DNA of 64,000 nucleotides from Antechinus flavipes. Lineage: Eukaryota. Positions 57,335-64,000 of the stretch are shown here, piece after piece. The notes beneath the pieces were generated by a model, which searched no databases, was not told the DNA's origin, and saw only the letters and a program-made list of their open reading frames with translations. Numbering within the stretch: position 1 is the stretch's first letter; each line of letters begins with the position of its first letter. The stretch spans positions 581,498,001 through 581,562,000 of the forward strand of contig NC_067399.1 in assembly GCF_016432865.1 (NCBI RefSeq), given 5' to 3'. A program made the translations under genes and the position numbers.

Positions 57335-57545
57335 CCTAGGTGTACTAGGCTTGGAGTCAGGAAGACCAGAGTTCAAATCCAACCTCACATACTTTCTAGC
57401 TGTGCAAATTGCAAAATCAGTTTTCTCAACTGCAAAGTAGAAATAATAATAGAACCTACCTCCCAGTCTTGTTATGAGGATCAACTGAAATAAGATTTGT
57501 AAAGTGTTTGACACAGTGGCTGGCTGATAATAGGGGCTTAATAAA
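57335..57545 (+). mobile_element. MIR-type SINE in the CALHM1 intron
   Basis: ttggagtcaggaagaccagagttcaaatcc...aatagaacctacctccc...gttatgaggatcaactga. Confidence 0.7.
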
Positions 57546-57809
57546 TACTTGTTCCCTTCCTTCCTTCTTATAGATGAAGAATCAGACTATATGGATATAT
57601 TATTATTATTGTTATTTCACATTAATAGGATCTTCCCAAATCATCTTCTCTAACTAATCTGTGACAGCTCAACGTTCCCTCTCCCCTGTTCTTAATGTTT
57701 CTGCAGTATGGCTCATTAGAAACTTAAGCACATATATTCCAAGATTAGTCTCTCCAGCTAGACTTTAAGCTCCCAGAAAAGTAATTATTCATACTTGTGT
57801 CTCCCATAG

Positions 57810-58151
57810 CAGCACTTCTTAAACTTTTTCCAGTCAGGACCTCTTTTTGCCCTGGGAAATTTTTCTCAACACTGGGTATATAGGTTTATACAATAGATAT
57901 ACAAATCAAACATTTTACTTATAATAAATGATAAAGAAACTTATTTTAAGATAATTCTTTGATATACATATAGTTTTGCCATTTATTAAAGTTGAAATCA
58001 AATTTGCATACTAATAAGATGGATGTAATTATTTTTATATAAAGTATTAAATCTTGGCAGAATATTTGAAATCTTTTATTGTCAAATTTTTTGCTACCCC
58101 CATATTCAGTGATACAAGCTCATATGAGGTTGCACAGTTTAAGAAATTTTG
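57810..58151. mobile_element. hAT MITE, 342 bp, same family as 10885-11054
   Basis: TIRs CAGCACTTCTTAAACT / AGTTTAAGAAATTTTG; TSD TCCCATAG (57802-57809) / TCCCATAT (58152-58159); inserted in an L2 tail. Confidence 0.85.
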
Positions 58152-58858
58152 TCCCATATGTCCTATAGTAGGGCTTAATATATCATTGATTTGTGAACCT
58201 GTTATACCTTTCTAGAGAGAACCATCTTCACTTTCTAAATGGAAAAATTATAGCCTGCATAGATGACTTGTCTAAAGGTATTTAAATGGAGCAGGACTCT
58301 TGATTCCAAGTCTCACATAGGATCCATCAAGCTCTAAACTCTGGTTTTGCAGAGTTTTTCCTTTGCACTTCTCCCCAAACGCCATCCTACTCTACCCCAT
58401 GTAGAAATGAGATCTGATTTCCAAGAAGGGAAATATTGAAGGCTAGAATATATTTAATTCTACGGTTTCTATTCAAGAACCCAACATCAGCCTCTAGTTC
58501 TCACCCAGACTTGCTGGGTTCTGTTTGCTTGAGAAATGAATCCAAATGGCTCAGGATTATGTTCCTTCTTCCTCAGCCCTTTCTCCCCCTTTCCAGGTTC
58601 CCTAGTTTTAAAGGATGCAAATCTTTCAAAATCTCAAAAATCCTCCAGACAGACCGGGACACCACTGGGCCTTGTACAGGCCCAGAATCATCCCCCAGGC
58701 CTTGTTGCTAGCCCGGCCGGGCAGGCTCCCGAGTTGGCAGAAGGGGTTTCAGTCCCAGGCCATAGAGAAGGAAGGACAATGAGTAAATTGTTTTCCTTGA
58801 GGAGCTGATGGCCCAGTGGAAGAAGACCAGGAAATAAGGGGGACACCTGAGAGCTCAC

Positions 58859-59410
58859 CTGGGAGATGCAGCGCAAATATCTGACGGCCACTTCTCGGGC
58901 AAGGAGCCAGTCCCCGTCATAGATGTCCCGGCAGGGGATGCGAGCCAGCAGCCTGACCACCTCCTGCTGGGTCAGGCTGGGGACGTGGCTGGAGTTTCCC
59001 AGAGCAGCCACGGGCACGGCGGTACAGAAGGCACACAGGAAGCATTTGCCATCCAGCAGGGTGACGGCGACCCAGACTACAGGCGCGATCAGCGCCCGCT
59101 GGGCCATGGAACAGAACATATAGCGCAGCACGGCGGGGTCTTTATGCCGCTGGCCGGTGGGCCGCTTCCACTCCTCGGCCAGCATGGAGATGTTGTTGTT
59201 CATCACCAGTCCCAGCAGGAAGAGCACCAGGGGAGGGGCCAGAAGGATGCCCCCGCTGTAGGCCAGGTTGTATCCAGGCAGGCAGGGGCAGCTGAAGTCA
59301 AAGGCTGAGTACATCTGGGCGCTGGCCAGAGCCATGATCCCACAGATGCCGTTCATGAAGGACTCCTGGTTAGACTGCAAAAACTGGAATATCATCCGGA
59401 ACTTATCCAT
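58859..59410 (-). CDS. CALHM1: CALHM1 first coding exon (aa 1-184)
   Basis: [34 protein letters not shown]...YLRCISQ|gtgagc; 552 nt. N71, D120 and N139 correspond to human N72, D121 and N140. Confidence 0.97.
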
Positions 59411-60147
59411 CGCGCTTCCCTCCTCTAGGGAACCAGGGACTGGGAGCCGGGTCTTCCTGCCTTCAGTCAGCCTCCGCGCCCACCCCTCCGACCTGGCCCC
59501 TGGTCGCCGGCGGCTGCCTGGGACGATGGCGGGCACACGCCCGCCTCAGATGCTCCGTTGTTCTCACGGGGCCCCCCAGTCTCATGTCTCAGGGTCCTGG
59601 AGGCCTTGGGGCAGCGGCTGTCTCCCTCAATGCCCGAGTCTCCAGCTCTGTCCCCTGCCAACCCCCACCCCGGCTCTCCCTGAGCTGGTTTGCAAATCCC
59701 CAAGCAGCTGGGAGGCTCTCTCCCCACCCCTTCCAGGCCAGTCCCCGCTGCAGCCCTCAGCAAACAGGGAAACCGCAAAGGGAGGGCCTGACTGCTCTGT
59801 TCTGCTCACAGAAAGTCCAGGTTCACTGCGGGAGGACGGATGGACCGAGTCCACATTCAAGGAGGACTAAGTCTGGATAGAAAGCACCAGGAGGGGGCAT
59901 TGTGCCAGTGTGGGTGGGGCTGTGAGCAGACACACAGGAGACCCTGCCCAGGGTGCCCCAGTTAGGGACGCTCAGTCTGTGGCTGGGCAACCCTCCATGC
60001 TGATGTGTGAACCCATCGTTTTCTTCTTTTTTTCTATTCCATGCTGGATACTGAACATTAAGTGTCACAAGGGGCTAGATGTTTAGGGAGACCATGTTAG
60101 TGCAAGACTGTGTCAGGGCCAGCTCACCCAGGATAGCCACTTGTTAA

Positions 60148-60304
60148 TTTTTTTATTTTATTTTTTTTGCTGAAGCCATTGGGGTTAAGTGATTTGCCCA
60201 GGGTCACACAGCTAGTAAGTGTTAAGTGTCTGAGATTACATTTGAACTCAGGTCCTCCTGACTTCAGGGCTGGTGCTCTATCCACTGCACCATCTAGCTG
60301 CCCC
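60148..60304 (-). mobile_element. WSINE1-like SINE with TSD
   Basis: Full reverse copy ending ...atccactgcaccatctagctgcccc; TSD ACTTGTTAA at 60139-60147 and 60306-60314. Confidence 0.85.
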
Positions 60305-61149
60305 AACTTGTTAAATATTTAGTACGGGTGTTTATACTTTGTAAACCTGCAAATGCTACAAATTGGGATTTGATTATTTTGTTCATCATCTGGACTGAAT
60401 AAAGTAATGGGAAAAATGTGAATAAAACAGATTAAACATTTCCTAGGACACCTTAATCCAATCGGACTCTTTTGTCTCACAGATGAGAAAAGTGACATCT
60501 GAAGAGATAAAGCGACTTAGTCAAAAGGTTACAGAATCACCACTGGGAATTAAGTCTCTTGATGGTGCAGGGATAGGTATTCCAGATATCACTGTTCCTA
60601 TCTAACAGGGGAGGAAACTGAGTTTCTAATCTTTATGTGTTTTGCCCAAAGTTACACAACCAGAAAATATAGGAGTCAGGATTTGAACTCAGGTCTCCCT
60701 CTCCTAACTCCAAGGTCCAGGTCTCTTTCCAGGGTACCACGTTGTTTATCTTGGTAATGCTGGTGAAGCTGTTAATGTGATGGTGATGATGGCTGTTGAC
60801 AAAAGGTAATGTTGCTTCTCAATAATGGTCCCAGATATTCATTTACCTGGCTTAGGAAGGAGGATGAAAATGAGAGAGGGAACTGCAAAAGTCTAAGAAA
60901 TGGATTCCAGCAAGGATTGTCATAGTCTTCAAAGAGATAGAGAGTAAAAAATAATAGCTAACATTTTTATAGCTGCTTCCAAAATACTTTACATGGATTA
61001 TCCTATTTGATCCTTACACAAAAAAGATCCTACTGGATGGGTGCTGTTATTACAATATCTAGGTCACACAACTAGTAAGTATCTGAGGGAAGATTTGAAC
61101 TTGAGGTCTTCCTGACCGAATCCATTATTCACAAGCAATGAGACTGATG

Positions 61150-61629
61150 TGTGAGGCTGGGCTCGGGAAAGAGGAAAAGAAAGACAGATCCACGTGACAA
61201 GAATTCACAAACCTGAGGATCTGTGGCAAAAAATAGGAAAGTTTATTTACTTTTTCACTAAGAACTCTCTTAGTGGACAAAACCCCCTAATTCAATCTGG
61301 AGGTTTTGTGAAGAGGTTTGTTGATGGTACTTAGTTTTATGGGCAGACCCTGGCCTAAGCTAGGAACAATTTGAGTTGAAATCTTTGATTTGAATAGAGA
61401 ATTTTTCAATTGAATGAGGGAAGTCCCAGACTAATTTTTTAACTCAATAGAGAGTGTATTCCGTAGTGTTGTCCATGGAGGTGTGCCTACCTAGTTCTGG
61501 ATAACAGAAGGAAGCTACCTATCCTGATTGCGTCAGGCAGGTCTTTTACGGACTTCAGTTCTAGAAGACTATCTCCTTCTAGGAGTTTCAGAGTTTCGGG
61601 GATCCCCTCTCAGTTTCAGGGTTCTCACA
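61150..61629 (-). mobile_element. Solo LTR (ERV-type), 480 bp
   Basis: Termini TGTGAG...CTCACA (6-bp inverted repeat); minus-strand AATAAA at 61242-61247 and CATAAAA near 61335-61341; TSD degenerate (TGATG/TCAAG). Confidence 0.6.
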
Positions 61630-62295
61630 TCAAGACTGCCCTCTTGTCTTTCCAAAGTGTGTGAGTAGGTGTGCACTGGGTATGTGTATTTTTGTACCTC
61701 TCAATCCTCTTCATCTTTTCATTGCTCCAACATAAAACCACAACAAGAACACCCAGAAATCTGGCTTGGGAGGAAAGCTCTGTGGACACTGCGACAGTGC
61801 CCGGAAGGGTTCTCAAAGGGCTGGGAGAGCATCTGTGGGGTTCCCTTTGAAGCCTGGGAAAGTGGGCAAGCCTTGGCCCCACCCTGGCTGGCCCAGCCCT
61901 CTCCCAGTCTTGTCCTGAGGGCCCTTTTTCTGTGTGGGAGTCTAGGTGGTTGTAGGTGTGTCTCTGTATGTGTGGGACATAATGCTTTGCAAACTTCATA
62001 GGGCTACATAAATGCAAGGTACTATTATTGTGATCTCTGTGTGTCTGTGTGCCATGTAGCTGCATGTCTGTGTATGGGGGGAAAAATCACTGAACTGGGA
62101 TTCAGGAACACCTAGTTCCTAATCCTGCAGAGGAAAAATGGGGATTTGTGTTGGGACATGCATTTATTAAGGACCTGAGGTACCCCATTATCAGTGAAAT
62201 CAGAGATCCCTTCTATGCAAAAACATTGGGAAGTCACCCCCTTTTCCTTCCCCCCACATGCACTCCCATTAATCTGTTTGCTGTTGTTCAATTGT

Positions 62296-62496
62296 AGTCT
62301 GCTCTTTGTGCCCCATTTGGGGGTTTCTTGGCAAAAATTCTGGAGTGCTTTTCCATTTCCTTCTCCAGCCCATTTTACAGATGGGGAAACTGAAACAAAC
62401 AGGGTTAGGTAACATGATCAGGGTCATACAGCTAGGTCAGATTTGAACTCAGGGAGATGGGTCTTCCTGACTCCAGCTTCTGTGCCACTTAGCTGC
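62296..62496 (-). mobile_element. Mar1-type SINE
   Basis: ccccatttgggggtttcttggcaaaaattctggagtg...ccttctccagcccattttacagatgggg...gtcttcctgactccag. Confidence 0.8.
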
Positions 62497-63244
62497 TTTA
62501 AAGGAAAGGATTAACTCTAATAACATCCGTCCCAATCCCCCTTGGCTTAACCTTGGTTAAGGCTGATGCACTACATAGGGGCTTAGTACATATGTGCTGA
62601 ATTGAATCAAAGAGGGCAGCAAATATTCTCCTGGCTACTCTGGAACTGTTTGCTCATGTTTTGTAAATTATTTAATTTCTAGGTCTGGGCTCTCTGACCA
62701 GCCTGTGAACTCCTCCAAGACAAAGCCGGATCTTGTCCCTCTGTCTCCCTAACCATGTGGCTCACTGGGGATTCAGAGATCCCCACTACTTACTTAATCA
62801 GTGTTTCTGGAGGTGAGGGAAGAGGCTGTTGTCCACATGTTAGCCCTTCTGCCTGACAGAATGACTTAAAGCATCTCAAAGGGATGACTGCCTATCGTTC
62901 CCCCCTCTCAGTGATGCTTACCTGCCTCCCTCCATACTGAGGGACACATAGCTGCTTTCACTTACCCCCTTCAGGGCTGATGGTCCATCCAGTCCCAAAG
63001 GAGTTAAAACCCGGAGACTAGAATGGAAAGCATTATGCAAAGGAGGAAGCCAGGAAGAGCAGGTACGGGCCTGGTTCTGTTGGCCTTTTAGGAAAATGCG
63101 CCATTTGCTTAGCAGAGAGAGGTGGCCTGGTAGGCACTTTGGCCTATTTGGGCAGCTCTATGTTTGGAGCCTCCGACAGGTTCTATACCTGAAAGAGAGA
63201 GTTCTGAGATTTTCATAGAAGCTAAATTAGCTAGTCACCTTGGG

Positions 63245-63490
63245 AATACAGACCTCATCTAGGGTAATCGATATATAATAGAAGTCTGATGTCTAGAATG
63301 GAGGTGGTGGTAAGACCCTGAACCCTAGTCAGATCACACCCGCAGTTTGTTCCAGGGGGCCACATTTTAGCAGGCACATTGGCAAGCTGAATGTGTTCAA
63401 AGGAGAGTGATCAGGGTGTTGGAAGGATGAAAAACCAGTGCAATATGAGATCTAGATGAAGGTAAAAGGGACATTTAGCTTAAAGAAGAA
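63245..63490 (+). mobile_element. CR1/L3 fragment
   Basis: tcagatcacacc...ccacattttagcaggcacattggcaagctgaatgtgttcaaaggagagtgatcagg...agcttaaagaaga. Confidence 0.6.
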
Positions 63491-63653
63491 AAAACTGGAG
63501 GGAAGAGGGGGGCATAAATCCTAAGATCTAGATCTGGAAGCTAGAAAGAACTTTGGAAAACATTTAATACCCTCATGTTATAGACAAGGGAGATGAAGCC
63601 CAGAATGGTTGTTACATATTCAGGATGACATAAAGCAGCTAAGGTTCTCTGAT

Positions 63654-64000
63654 TGTAATGCCGAAGAAACTGAGCAAGACAGAGATTAGAGACCAATTCA
63701 ATAGTTTATTTTAATAGTTTATTAAAATGGAGAGAAATACTGGGACCAATGGATCCATGTTTAGTCCCAGGGATGGACAAGACTATCATCTCAGAGTCCA
63801 GCCCCGAGTATTGGGATAGCAAGCTTTTTTATAGGATAACAAGAACAATGACATAAGGAGGAGGTACCTAGGTGGGAATAACCTAATGGTGGGGGAGACC
63901 CCCTAGGGATGACACAATGGAGGGAGGTTACTGATATTCTAATGACATCTAAAATGGATAAACCTTTATCGGGTCAAACCTTAAGAAGGAATGTCTATAA
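63654..64000 (-). mobile_element. ERV LTR, truncated by the window end
   Basis: Begins TGTAA (reverse ...TTACA end); minus-strand AATAAA at 63705-63710 and 63718-63723 and TATAAAAAA at 63825-63833, in U3-R-U5 order. Confidence 0.75.

Noticed and set aside
59411-59536. Apparent 42-aa N-terminal extension of CALHM1 in the ORF track
   Set aside because: It starts at GTG, not ATG, and conservation with CALHM1 begins exactly at MDKFRM (59410).
59268-59870. 200-aa plus-strand ORF antisense to the CALHM1 start
   Set aside because: GC-rich shadow ORF; no homology recognised.
59887-59900. CTCF-like CCAGGAGGGGGCAT upstream of CALHM1
   Set aside because: Two mismatches to the core consensus in GC-rich context; cannot be distinguished from chance without ChIP data.
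61700-64000. CALHM3, the next gene in human synteny
   Set aside because: No CALHM-like coding sequence on either strand; presumably beyond the window.
1-64000. Prokaryotic-type systems (CRISPR arrays, operons, defence islands), tRNA/rRNA genes, NUMTs and C/D snoRNAs
   Set aside because: None seen. tRNA-like A/B boxes belong to SINE heads, and TGATGA motifs lacked matching D boxes and terminal stems.

Overview
This is vertebrate genomic DNA with spliced genes, not prokaryotic. The repeat content (WSINE1-like and Mar1/MIR SINEs, marsupial-type L1 3' ends) points to a marsupial, probably a dasyurid; that is inference. The window matches the conserved ATP5MK-PDCD11-CALHM2-CALHM1 block (human 10q24.33). 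(1) ATP5MK/USMG5, minus strand: 58-aa ATP synthase subunit, coding exons 1567-1653 and 1392-1481. (2) PDCD11/RRP5, plus strand, shares a CpG-island bidirectional promoter with ATP5MK. I traced it by hand through 36 exons (35 coding, 5589 nt, 1862 aa, all splice phases consistent); intron 15 is a U12-type minor-spliceosome intron. (3) CALHM2, minus strand, 323 aa, convergent with PDCD11. (4) CALHM1, minus strand, 341 aa. Introns and intergenic DNA hold L1, L2, CR1, MIR/Mar1, WSINE1, two related hAT MITEs with target-site duplications (TSDs), an ORF1-only (HAL1-like) retroelement and two LTRs upstream of CALHM1. Almost all long ORFs in the supplied track are exon fragments or spurious. I found no wholly new gene system. 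The best leads are regulatory: the U12 intron, a strong-Kozak uORF exon and a self-pairing donor in the CALHM2 leader, back-to-back poly(A) signals between PDCD11 and CALHM2, and a possible LTR-driven spliced leader for CALHM1. Gene identities rest on recalled human orthologue sequences, and repeat family names and boundaries were assigned by eye.
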